From NCBI GenBank assembly GCA_036170915.1, contig JAVHQC010000029.1, positions 294,950-358,949 on the forward strand: 64,000 nt of DNA, read 5' to 3'. The notes under the pieces were generated by a model that was not told the origin of the DNA, did not search any database, and worked only from the letters and a program-made list of their open reading frames with translations. Origin of the DNA: Cyanobacteria bacterium auto_48_18 (lineage in GTDB: Bacteria; Cyanobacteriota; Vampirovibrionia; Obscuribacterales; Obscuribacteraceae). This document shows, piece after piece, positions 9,875 through 18,549 of this stretch; position 1 is the stretch's first letter; each line of letters starts with the position of its first letter. The position numbers and the translations under genes are program-made.

Positions 9875-10366
9875 ATGAAGACAAGCACAGCTTTTCAAAT
9901 CAGTTTCGCCAATGCATTTGCAGACCTATATCTAGATAAAGAAAACGGTGAATTTGCACTCGATTTTCGCCGCCAGGAAGTAACAATTTACCTGAACAAC
10001 ACTCAGTATCAGGCGCTTGTTTTACTGGTGCAGCAAAGCCTCGAAGACGAAACGTTTATTGAATATCTAGATTGGCAAAAAGACCCATTGCAGTGCGAAG
10101 AAAATCAGATGTTCGAAGTCTGCGGGCCAGATCACATGGTTTGCATGTCTTGCTCGCCTAACTGCGAGCGCGTCAAACTTACTTTTGATATCGGCCTGGC
10201 AATTGATCTTTCATTCGCTGACTTCCAGGGTCTTGCCAGTTTGATCAAAGAAGCTCAAGCCGATCTTGAATGGCGCCGCGAACTGCTGCGTTTAAATAGC
10301 GCTGATACCGATGTCGATTCAGACAGCGACAGCCCGCCCGGATTTGCCGCTGGTGGGCATGACTGA
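9875..10366 (+). CDS. Hypothetical acidic Cys-rich protein
   Basis: 163-aa ORF 9 nt after hemB, with C-x8-C-x6-CMSC-x3-C. Confidence 0.7.
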   Translation: MKTSTAFQISFANAFADLYLDKENGEFALDFRRQEVTIYLNNTQYQALVLLVQQSLEDETFIEYLDWQKDPLQCEENQMFEVCGPDHMVCMSCSPNCERVKLTFDIGLAIDLSFADFQGLASLIKEAQADLEWRRELLRLNSADTDVDSDSDSPPGFAAGGHD

Positions 10367-10401
10367 CCAGTGAGTTCTGACCTGCTGGTATACCTAAACG
10401 A

Positions 10402-10454
10402 GAAAAATCCTGCTTACAGATTTTCTCGAGGTTTTTCTGTAAGCAGGATTTTTC
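10402..10454. terminator. Bidirectional terminator-like hairpin
   Basis: 19-bp perfect inverted repeat GAAAAATCCTGCTTACAGA / TCTGTAAGCAGGATTTTTC between convergent genes. Confidence 0.75.
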
Positions 10455-10483
10455 GAAATTAGAGATCAAGGCAGGAATTCAAT

Positions 10484-11755
10484 TTAAGTCAGCTCTTTGT
10501 AATTGGCTATTTTGCGCTTGAGTAAATCGTGAACGTAGGCAGAAGCCATGCGATCAGGAAAACATCTTTTAGGTATTACCCACAAAGAGTACCCATGGGC
10601 GCCAAACAGCAAAATGTACTGTGAGTTTGTTTCCCAGCATTCTTGAAAATGCATCCAAGAGAGAAGCCAATATTTGTCCCCAAAACGAAGCCCGCAAGCC
10701 TCTTCAGATATTTGATAAACAAACAATTCGCGAAAGTTTTTGTCTTTTCTAATGGTTCGCATGGTAAGCCAATAAGAAAGCCCTGAATGGATCAAAATTA
10801 TAGGAACGTAGATCAAAAAAAACTGGCTGAAATGCTTCAGGAGTTCGAGGGTAAAACTAAATCCATTGGCCACCGTGCCAAGTCCAGTCAAGATTGCCGC
10901 AATCACTAAAGCGTGAACGAGCCAAACATTTAATAGTCTACGAAATTTTTTACGAAAGAAATGAATTTTTTCGGCTTCAATTATTTCAGGCAGATTGTAT
11001 TTTACTTCAAGAGAAAAACCTGAATCTAAGCAGTTATGAATTTCTCCAGCCGGCGCTAATTCAAAATCTATTACTAAATCAGGTGCTTTAAGCTCATTTG
11101 GTTTAAATGTAGTGGTAGTTAGCGAATATTGCTGCCCGTCTACGACCATTGCGCTGACTTCGTGCGTGCTGAAACTAATGCTGGAATCAGAACGGCCCTT
11201 ACCGATGTGAGAAAAATTTTTCACCATCGCGCGAACAAGCTTGCGAACAGTTTTTACTTCTTCAACCGACGCAAAACACCGTTTTGGTAAGACAAAAACG
11301 TCACTCGTGGACGGACCCATACAAAAGCTTTCGTCAGTCTCAAAAGCGATGGTCAGAGATTTCCAGTCGAGCGTACCTAAAGCTGACTTCGACTCAAAAC
11401 ACATGCCCGATGACGAAAGAATAAATTTCACCAACGAGTGAAAAGCCGGCCGATGACTATAACTCTGCATCGCTTTTCGCTTAGCAAAACTCCAAACCAC
11501 CAGCGCGGATACAAGCGGAATGCCGACAAGCGCCAATACTAGGGGAAGGGTGAAGGGCAGGTATCGACTGAATGAATCGGTGGTGAATCCTTCTGTTACG
11601 GACGCAACAAGCAAGGTAGCGCATGCAAAGAAAAACGTCACACAAAATACACTCATTACTAAGTGGGGTACCACTACTTCTTTGGCCACCTCCCAGTAGG
11701 CGTTATTTACTTCATCAGGTAAGTACTGCACTGAAATTAATATTGGCTCGTCCAT
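10484..11755 (-). CDS. Membrane protein with two YcxB-like domains (paralogue B)
   Basis: Two units of TM pair plus W..ET..F..(L/I)PKRCF. Paralogue of 11773-13134. Confidence 0.8.
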   Translation of the reverse strand: MDEPILISVQYLPDEVNNAYWEVAKEVVVPHLVMSVFCVTFFFACATLLVASVTEGFTTDSFSRYLPFTLPLVLALVGIPLVSALVVWSFAKRKAMQSYSHRPAFHSLVKFILSSSGMCFESKSALGTLDWKSLTIAFETDESFCMGPSTSDVFVLPKRCFASVEEVKTVRKLVRAMVKNFSHIGKGRSDSSISFSTHEVSAMVVDGQQYSLTTTTFKPNELKAPDLVIDFELAPAGEIHNCLDSGFSLEVKYNLPEIIEAEKIHFFRKKFRRLLNVWLVHALVIAAILTGLGTVANGFSFTLELLKHFSQFFLIYVPIILIHSGLSYWLTMRTIRKDKNFRELFVYQISEEACGLRFGDKYWLLSWMHFQECWETNSQYILLFGAHGYSLWVIPKRCFPDRMASAYVHDLLKRKIANYKELT

Positions 11756-11772
11756 CCGCCACCTGTTACAGC

Positions 11773-13134
11773 CTAAGCAGTCAGCTCTTTGTAATTGGCT
11801 ATTTTGCGCTTGAGTAAATCATTTGCCGAAGCCGCCGCCATGCGATCAGGAAAACATCTTTTAGGTATTACCCACATAGCCCGCCCCTGAGCGCCGTAAA
11901 GCAGAATGTATTCAAGCTCGGTTTCCCAGCATTCTTGAAAATGCCACCAGGTGACGACTGAATACTTGTCACCCATGCGCAAACCGCATGAGTCTTCAGT
12001 CAGTTGAAAAATAATAGGATTGGTCAGGCTGGTGTCGCCTTTGATTCGCCGCATAATAGTCTTAAAAAGCGTTAGCGCGTGAATGAGCAAAGCCGGCACG
12101 TACAGCAGAAACCACAAACCGTATTGACGCAAAAGCCCCATAGTAAAATCTAAACCGTCGGCGATATAACCGATGGTAAACAAAGCTAGTGGTATCAACA
12201 AAGCGTGAAACAAATAAGCCTTACCTAAAAGCGGCAATTTTTTGCGAAAGAAATGAATTTTCTCAGCGTCAATAATTTCTTCAGCGTTGTAGGTCACTTC
12301 TACAGTCAGTCCTGAAGCGGCCTTTAGATCGACCACCGTGGAATTCTCTTTTTCACGTTCAGCTTCACCAGATAAAACCGCAGAAAGTGGAGGCTCAGAA
12401 GCAAGAATTTCTGCGGCATTGACACCTTCTGCATCAAAAGAATAAGCTTGCCCTGCTCCCGTCACGACGTTGGTCGCCGCCTTTACTTCAGACCCTTGAT
12501 GTTTATATTCTTGACCGTCAACGATGATCGATAAAACTTCTTGCTTCTCATAACTAAAGCTGCTATCGGCTCGACCTTTGCCTACATGCTTATAGCTTGA
12601 GATGTGGCTTTTGAGAATGCTGCGAACCCCTTTGACTTCCATTGCAGAGGCAAAAGCACGCTTGGGAAGAATGAAAATTTCGTTGGCGCTGGAGCCAACG
12701 CAAAAGCTTTCGTCTGTTTCTAAACCGATTGATAAGTGCTTCCAGTCAATGGTGCCTGACCCGCCAGTAGAGGTGACTTTTAAGCCGCCATCAGAAAGTA
12801 TGAAAGTCATAGGCAAATGAAAAACCGGTCTTCTCAAATAACTATCCATGGCGCTTTGCTTGGCTAGTATCCAGATCACCATTGTGGAAGCAATGGGCAT
12901 CACAACTGGAGCCAGCAAGGCCAGAAAGAAAATCAGAGTTTCAGAGAAGCTCGAGCTTGTTGGAGTTTCGTGCGTGGTGACAAAAACCACAATACAAAAA
13001 ACAGGTATACCGAAAGTGAAGCTGAAGATTGCCAGTAAATCACGTGGCATCACCACGTCTTTATGTACGGCCCAGTAACCGTTATTTACTTCTTCGGGCT
13101 GATATTTAACAGAAATGAAAACTGGATCAACCAT
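11773..13134 (-). CDS. Membrane protein with two YcxB-like domains (paralogue A)
   Basis: WKHLSIGLETDESF..ILPKRAF and WHFQECWETELEY..VIPKRCF repeats. Confidence 0.8.
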   Translation of the reverse strand: MVDPVFISVKYQPEEVNNGYWAVHKDVVMPRDLLAIFSFTFGIPVFCIVVFVTTHETPTSSSFSETLIFFLALLAPVVMPIASTMVIWILAKQSAMDSYLRRPVFHLPMTFILSDGGLKVTSTGGSGTIDWKHLSIGLETDESFCVGSSANEIFILPKRAFASAMEVKGVRSILKSHISSYKHVGKGRADSSFSYEKQEVLSIIVDGQEYKHQGSEVKAATNVVTGAGQAYSFDAEGVNAAEILASEPPLSAVLSGEAEREKENSTVVDLKAASGLTVEVTYNAEEIIDAEKIHFFRKKLPLLGKAYLFHALLIPLALFTIGYIADGLDFTMGLLRQYGLWFLLYVPALLIHALTLFKTIMRRIKGDTSLTNPIIFQLTEDSCGLRMGDKYSVVTWWHFQECWETELEYILLYGAQGRAMWVIPKRCFPDRMAAASANDLLKRKIANYKELTA

Positions 13135-13148
13135 TAAAGAAAGGATTC

Positions 13149-14204
13149 CTATTTAGTGGCAAAAACAACCGGTGAATCGTATTCGACACCCTGGTGTTTG
13201 TACACGTGGCTAAAGCCTGCTGCCTGACAAAGCTTTGTCAATTCCTCAAAACTAAAGATGCAACCGTCTGTAGTGGCAAGATACATATTCAAACCAAACA
13301 TTAGCGGATACGGCGGAGCGGTACGCTCGTTGTTAGGCATATACTCAGCAATCTCGAGAGTGCCACCAGGCTTCAGGGCGGAGAAACAATAAGCGAGCAA
13401 TTTCTTGGTCATCTCAAGACCTTCAGAATGAAGAATGTGACCGAGAATAACCACATCATAAAGATCAGGAGTTAACTTGATTTGTCGCCAGTTGCCAGGC
13501 ACTTCTGTATATTGACTGGCCACCCCAAAGCGCTCAGTGATGCGTCTTGTCACTGACAATACCGCCGGAAAATCTAAAGCAGCAATATGATTGTCGCGAT
13601 TATCTTGAGCAAAAGGGATGCTCCAAACAGCAGAGCCAGCGGCCAAATCTAATACGTTAAGTGCGCGCTTTTCGCCTTGATGGCGTTCTTTCAAATATTT
13701 GACCACATCAGCGGCAATACAATAATTGAGAGGGACAATGGCCTCGGCCAGGTGGGGAAAAATCTCCTCTGCTTTGGCATCCACGTTGACCTCCATCACC
13801 GGTTGTCCTGTGCGTATGGTCTCTCGTAAACCTCTCCACATTTTATCCAGTTCGTCGTGCTGCTTAAGGTACATGCCCATGAATAGCGGGCTTTCGGCGA
13901 TCAGATAAGTCTGCGACGTCATGTTCAGTTCGTATACTGGCTCGCTACTGCGGGCGTGACCATTGAGATCGGCTCGGTCTAAAAGTTTTAGTGCGACAAG
14001 AGAATCAACTAATAAAGTCACGCCCTTTTCTTGGAGCTTCAGTTTTTTTGCCATTGATGCAGCTGACGACGGCCCAGCTGCCAGAGCCTCGAATATTCCC
14101 AATTCAACAGCGCTTTTCAAAGCTTGAATAGACCAGCTGCCCTGCAAAATATTTGAAATCGTCGTTGGTGGCATCAAGCGCAAAGTCGACAGGTACTTCA
14201 GCAT
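13149..14204 (-). CDS. SAM-dependent O-methyltransferase with N-terminal dimerisation domain
   Basis: LKSAVELGIFEAL wHTH, VLDLAAGSA, LDFPAV, GHILH and LKPGG motifs. Start may be the second Met (14174). Confidence 0.88.
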   Translation of the reverse strand: MLKYLSTLRLMPPTTISNILQGSWSIQALKSAVELGIFEALAAGPSSAASMAKKLKLQEKGVTLLVDSLVALKLLDRADLNGHARSSEPVYELNMTSQTYLIAESPLFMGMYLKQHDELDKMWRGLRETIRTGQPVMEVNVDAKAEEIFPHLAEAIVPLNYCIAADVVKYLKERHQGEKRALNVLDLAAGSAVWSIPFAQDNRDNHIAALDFPAVLSVTRRITERFGVASQYTEVPGNWRQIKLTPDLYDVVILGHILHSEGLEMTKKLLAYCFSALKPGGTLEIAEYMPNNERTAPPYPLMFGLNMYLATTDGCIFSFEELTKLCQAAGFSHVYKHQGVEYDSPVVFATK

Positions 14205-14344
14205 CTAATTTTCTCCGCTTTCGCAAAATCGTCTCACACATTTATGTCATAGAGGGGCAGCAAACTACTCCCTTTACTTCTTATGCAAATGGTAGTGCAA
14301 AAGCCGGTATTTACAATGCACTCCCATTGATAGGCTATTTCGTC

Positions 14345-14350
14345 TATAAT
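14345..14350 (+). promoter_or_regulatory. -10 box of ffs
   Basis: TATAAT 7 nt upstream of the SRP RNA terminal stem. Confidence 0.65.
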
Positions 14351-14357
14351 TCTCAAA

Positions 14358-14452
14358 CAGATCGTTGGGTGGCGGCGGAGGCCGACGAACCTGGTCAGGG
14401 GGGAAACCCAGCAGCCATAAGTTGAATTCTTCGGGTGTTGCCCAGCGGTCTG
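14358..14452 (+). ncRNA. ffs: Bacterial small signal recognition particle RNA (4.5S)
   Basis: Helix-8 motif GAACCUGGUCAGG-GGG-GAAA-CCC-AGCAGCC. The ends pair (CAGAUCGUUGGGUGGC / GUUGCCCAGCGGUCUG) into a ~95-nt hairpin. Confidence 0.93.
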
Positions 14453-14489
14453 CTTTACACTTTCATCTACGACGACAACGATAAAGAAA

Positions 14490-14759
14490 ATGCCGAAATC
14501 AAAAAGCTCAAAAGAGGCCGAAGACACGCAGCAAGAACCAAGCCGCACTCTGCTGGGGCAAATTCTCGTAGAACTTGATTACATCACCATCTATCAGCTA
14601 GACGAGTCTCTTCGCATTCAGCGCGAAGACAAAGAGCACGATAGAGATCCCAAGCCGCTTGGACAAATTCTTTTGGAGTTGGGCTTCATTGGCCCCAACC
14701 AGTTAATCCGAGCGATTCAGGTGCAAGCTGAATACCGCAAGGCTCAAGCCGGTAAATAG
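14490..14759 (+). CDS. Stand-alone MshEN-like (GspE/PilB N-terminal) small protein
   Basis: Two 24-aa motifs, LLGQILVELDYITIYQLDESLRIQ and PLGQILLELGFIGPNQLIRAIQVQ. Confidence 0.75.
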   Translation: MPKSKSSKEAEDTQQEPSRTLLGQILVELDYITIYQLDESLRIQREDKEHDRDPKPLGQILLELGFIGPNQLIRAIQVQAEYRKAQAGK

Positions 14760-14844
14760 GGTATTCCCGATTCCAAGAGGCTGCATAAGAGGTTAAACTT
14801 CTTATGGATCTTTTGTTAGGTGTCTTTGGTTTGGCGGTAGCTCT

Positions 14845-17208
14845 TTGAATCTGAGTTCAAGGCTCACTTTTGCGCTCATTGCCGTAGTGGTGATCGTGGT
14901 CACTGGCCACGTGCTTTATTCCGTCTATTTTGATTATCGCGTCACGCGTCTTGACGCCGCCGGCGCCGTGGCCAATGTGAAGGGTCCGCGGCTGACTAAT
15001 AGCCTTTTGGCTGCCCAGGATCAAACTGAACATTTAAACGCTTTGCTGCTCAAAGACTCCCGGTTTATGGCCGCTTTTGACAGCAAAAACCGAAATGAAG
15101 CCGCCGCAGCAATTAAGGCCAACGAAGATAAACTTTTCTTTCCCGGCAGCGTGCAGGTCACTGACGACAAAGGCGTTGTCATCTTCAGCAGCGAAACGCC
15201 GGGCCAGGCAGGCTATTCCATTCGCAAAGACAGCCCGGCCATCGACATGGCCCTGGCCAACGATTATTACAAAGGCGCAACTTACAGCGAAAAGACCGGC
15301 ACGCTTTCCATCAGCATGGTCAAGCAGTTCAGTAGCCCAAGCGGTCGCAAAGGTGTACTTGCGGTCAACCAGCCGCTCAACACCGATTTCCTCACGGCGC
15401 TCGCTTCCAGGTATGGCATCGAAGATCCACGCTTGTTGGGTGTAGAGCTGGCCGTCTACTCAAACCAGAAAAACAATACCACCGCATGGTCGCAAGGCAT
15501 TAATCAGCTCAGCGGTCCGAAAAAGTTTCTGCTCGATTTAAATTCACACGACGCCAGCAAAGTTCTCAACCGCACCACCTTTGGCATTGAGCAGCTTGAT
15601 CGCTTACTAATTCCCGCATTGGGCTTTGAAAAAGACAGTGCCTGGTGGAATTATTTACCATTGATGCATAACAAGCAGCTGATTGGCTACATTCTTGTTT
15701 GCAAGCCCGTGCCAAGTGAGCAGTCTAAAATCATTGAAGTGGTTTTATTGGGCGGATTGGTTGGTATCTTCGGTGGTATCGTCGGCATGTTTCTCGCCGC
15801 CAGAGTAGCTCAATCAGTTGATGCTCCGCTGCGCTTTTTAGTCAAACGCACTCAGGCCATCGCCAACAACAAACAAGTGATACCACCATTAGAAGGTCTG
15901 TCAGGCGATTGGCTGGAACTCGGCGAATTGATTGATACGGCAGTGCTTTCAATGCGCTCTACGACTCAGAGTCTAAAAATTCAATTGAATAAACAAGTTG
16001 AGGCGGTGAAAGAACGCGGTTTGATCGCCGAGCAATCGACCATGCAAGTCGACACACTCAATCGCCAAATCACAACCCAAGCGCAAAAAGTCGCTGAGCT
16101 GTCGCGCCACGTTAATCAGGCTGGTCGCCAGGCTTCTGTGTTGCAGCAACAGCTTGATGCTGTTTTGCAAAGTTCTACAGAAGGATTTTTGATTCTCGAT
16201 CAGTATGGCAATATTTTGCATGCTAATCCGGTATTTTTAAATTGGACCGGCGCTACTGAAGGCGAAATTGCCGGACGACTTTGTTTCGATCTTGTTCTCA
16301 AGCCAGGCGAAACACCGCAGAGCCATGGTCTAGGTCAGGCCTTCGCTCAACACGGCGGCGACCCCAATGCGCTCATCAATCAGTTTTATCCGGAAGGAGT
16401 AGTCTTCCATCGCGGCGGCGATAAAACCTATCAAGTGATGGCTCACCTGCAGCCACTTTCAGGCGATGACCAATCGATTATTGGTTACATCATGGTGCTG
16501 CGCGACAAATCACTGCGCAGTGAAAATCAACTATTGCGTCAAGAAATCGTGAGCATGCTGCAAGACAACGTTAGAGGTCCTCTAACCGGTGCAGAAGACA
16601 GCTGGCATGCCATTCTCGCCAATGCACGCAACACTATGCACCCTTCAGTTGGACAGGCCCTGGCCGAGTTGCATTTGCACTACGAACAACTAGTGGGAGT
16701 GGTTGATAGTCTACTGATGATGTACGGCGGGTTCGTGCCGGCACAAACAACGCAAAAAGAACAAATCGCCATTACGCGACTGGTTGCCGATTGTTTAGAA
16801 GAAGTGACTCCACTGGCCAGAGATCGTCAGCTACTGCTGGATTATAAAACTGTGACCGGGCTACCACCTATCAGCGGCAACAGAGAAGCTATTACTGGAA
16901 TATTGAGACAAGTACTCGAGCGCATGATTATGGTCACCGCCGCTGGTGGCCGAGTGCGGGTAGAAAGTCAGATGCGCGGAAATGAAATGCGCATTGGCGT
17001 ATCAAGCTCAGGGCCGGCATTACCAGAGTCAGAAATTGCCGAAATGTTCATTGGCTTTGTTGAAGGCAGGCACAGTCAAGATACATACGGTTCGCGCTTA
17101 TCAATGTATTTAGCGCGTAACAACGTTGAACGTCTTGGTGGCAAAATTTGGGCAGAATCAGAAGCTGGTCGCGGCACCACCACTTACTTTACTTTGCCTA
17201 CCAATTAA
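14845..17208 (+). CDS. Membrane sensor: periplasmic domain-HAMP-PAS-degenerate HisKA/HATPase (pseudo-histidine kinase)
   Basis: Two TMs, PAS (STEGFLILDQYGNILHAN), H-box SMLQDNVRGPLT without His, and C-terminal LGGKIWAESEAGRGTTTYFTLP. Confidence 0.85.
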   Translation: MNLSSRLTFALIAVVVIVVTGHVLYSVYFDYRVTRLDAAGAVANVKGPRLTNSLLAAQDQTEHLNALLLKDSRFMAAFDSKNRNEAAAAIKANEDKLFFPGSVQVTDDKGVVIFSSETPGQAGYSIRKDSPAIDMALANDYYKGATYSEKTGTLSISMVKQFSSPSGRKGVLAVNQPLNTDFLTALASRYGIEDPRLLGVELAVYSNQKNNTTAWSQGINQLSGPKKFLLDLNSHDASKVLNRTTFGIEQLDRLLIPALGFEKDSAWWNYLPLMHNKQLIGYILVCKPVPSEQSKIIEVVLLGGLVGIFGGIVGMFLAARVAQSVDAPLRFLVKRTQAIANNKQVIPPLEGLSGDWLELGELIDTAVLSMRSTTQSLKIQLNKQVEAVKERGLIAEQSTMQVDTLNRQITTQAQKVAELSRHVNQAGRQASVLQQQLDAVLQSSTEGFLILDQYGNILHANPVFLNWTGATEGEIAGRLCFDLVLKPGETPQSHGLGQAFAQHGGDPNALINQFYPEGVVFHRGGDKTYQVMAHLQPLSGDDQSIIGYIMVLRDKSLRSENQLLRQEIVSMLQDNVRGPLTGAEDSWHAILANARNTMHPSVGQALAELHLHYEQLVGVVDSLLMMYGGFVPAQTTQKEQIAITRLVADCLEEVTPLARDRQLLLDYKTVTGLPPISGNREAITGILRQVLERMIMVTAAGGRVRVESQMRGNEMRIGVSSSGPALPESEIAEMFIGFVEGRHSQDTYGSRLSMYLARNNVERLGGKIWAESEAGRGTTTYFTLPTN

Positions 17209-17212
17209 ATTC

Positions 17213-17689
17213 ATGGCCGCTGTCGAAACAGTAGAAAAGCCTGACGCCCAGCCAGTTGGCGGCATGCCCAAGTGGCTTCTATTTTTTGTCGCTTACTTTT
17301 TCTTTGGCTTAGTTAACGGCACGGTAATTGGCCTCACTCCTGAAAACGAACACTTAAATGGTCTGGCTCAAGTTTTGTTTTTCTGGAGTCCGCTTGTAGT
17401 AGCTGTCACCGCCGCCCGCTTCGCCAATGATAAGCGCAAAAAATTATTGATGCTTTTAGCTTTGCTTCCCACTCTCTGGTTTGCAATTTTGCCGACAGTT
17501 ATGTCAGGCTCGTGGAACATGCTTACTCAAGGATCTAACCCCAGTGTCAGCCTGGTTTCAGAGGCAAATGAAGGCGAGTGGAAAATTTGCCAATATCATT
17601 TTACGCCTCATGGATTTGGCGAGCCCAACGACTACCAAACCAAAGAAAAGACAATTGGTTTTGGTTTTAAAATTGTACGAAAAATTTGA
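17213..17689 (+). CDS. Hypothetical membrane protein (3 TM)
   Basis: ATG 4 nt after the upstream stop, three hydrophobic segments. Confidence 0.65.
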   Translation: MAAVETVEKPDAQPVGGMPKWLLFFVAYFFFGLVNGTVIGLTPENEHLNGLAQVLFFWSPLVVAVTAARFANDKRKKLLMLLALLPTLWFAILPTVMSGSWNMLTQGSNPSVSLVSEANEGEWKICQYHFTPHGFGEPNDYQTKEKTIGFGFKIVRKI

Positions 17690-17724
17690 GCTCTGACCAG
17701 ATCAGGCCAGTCAAGACGCTGGTC

Positions 17725-18426
17725 TCAGGCCTGAGCCGTAATAGAGTTAATTCGTTCTTCCACTGCTTTAGCTTCATCGGCACGAAGAGTTTTGCGCAAC
17801 ATAATATGATAGTTCTTCAAAATCGGCACCAGATCACTGTGCTTTTCACCAAGCAATTTCTCGCGAATTTCTAAAGCGCGATGGAAGAGAATCTCGGCTT
17901 TCTCCCAGCGCTTTCTGGCACAATTGAGAACTGCCAGATTGTGCAAGTTAATGGCGGTCTCAAGATGTTCTTCGCCATATAGAGCAAGTTTTATGTCAAG
18001 GCAGCGCTCGTACAAATTGTCGGCGAGAAAATACTTTCCTTGCAATTGATAAAGCGCAGCCAAATTATTCAAACTTTTGGTCAAGCGCACCAGATCATCC
18101 GCTTCCACATCAATAATTCTGTAAGCAGGGCGAAGAAATTGTGTTGGGCTCTGTGGTTTTGTATCAACAGCAGACTTCGCCAGAGTGGCGATTGACTCGA
18201 TAATGCTTTTCTCTAAATCTTCTTCGGCTTCTTCAGTGACCACACCAGACAATTGCTCGGCCATAATTAAGGCTTCAGTAAAGCGCATTTCGGCTTGGGT
18301 ATAGCGACGAACTTCAAAGGCGGCATGACCTTCTTCTGAGGCCGTCTGCCACTTTTTGATTTCAGCCTGGCGTTCAGGTGAATCAGTAATTGCTGCTGCT
18401 GTTGCCGTACCGTCGTTTGCGCTCAT
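17725..18426 (-). CDS. Tetratricopeptide repeat protein (TPR_10/12, kinesin-light-chain-like)
   Basis: SLNNLAALYQLQGKY..YGEEHLETAINLHNLA..ALEIREKLLGEKH repeats. Confidence 0.88.
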   Translation of the reverse strand: MSANDGTATAAAITDSPERQAEIKKWQTASEEGHAAFEVRRYTQAEMRFTEALIMAEQLSGVVTEEAEEDLEKSIIESIATLAKSAVDTKPQSPTQFLRPAYRIIDVEADDLVRLTKSLNNLAALYQLQGKYFLADNLYERCLDIKLALYGEEHLETAINLHNLAVLNCARKRWEKAEILFHRALEIREKLLGEKHSDLVPILKNYHIMLRKTLRADEAKAVEERINSITAQA

Positions 18427-18514
18427 CGTATAGTCTCACTGAAATGTCTGCGTAGTTCTGAAGCGGCCCGTAGAGCCGCTCATTAGTATAGCCACAATTT
18501 TAGGTTATTTGGTC

Positions 18515-18543
18515 TTGTGCGCACATACATTTGTATGTATATT
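18515..18543 (+). promoter_or_regulatory. Sigma70-type promoter with palindromic operator ACATAC-N4-GTATGT
   Basis: TTGTGC (18515-20), 17-nt spacer, TATATT (18538-43). Palindrome at 18523-18538. ATG 18550 is 6 nt after the -10 box. Confidence 0.65.
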
Positions 18544-18549
18544 GAAGAT

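Noticed and set aside
10484..11945. DGR template/variable repeat pair
   Set aside because: Differences are not adenine-specific, both copies are in intact paralogous genes, and there is no reverse transcriptase in the window.
14153..14548. ORFs 14153-14425 (+) and 14234-14548 (-)
   Set aside because: They overlap the SRP RNA and its promoter, and have no protein-like features.
14784..14806. Palindrome CATAAGAGGTTAAACTTCTTATG before the pseudokinase
   Set aside because: Single occurrence. I cannot distinguish operator, terminator or chance.
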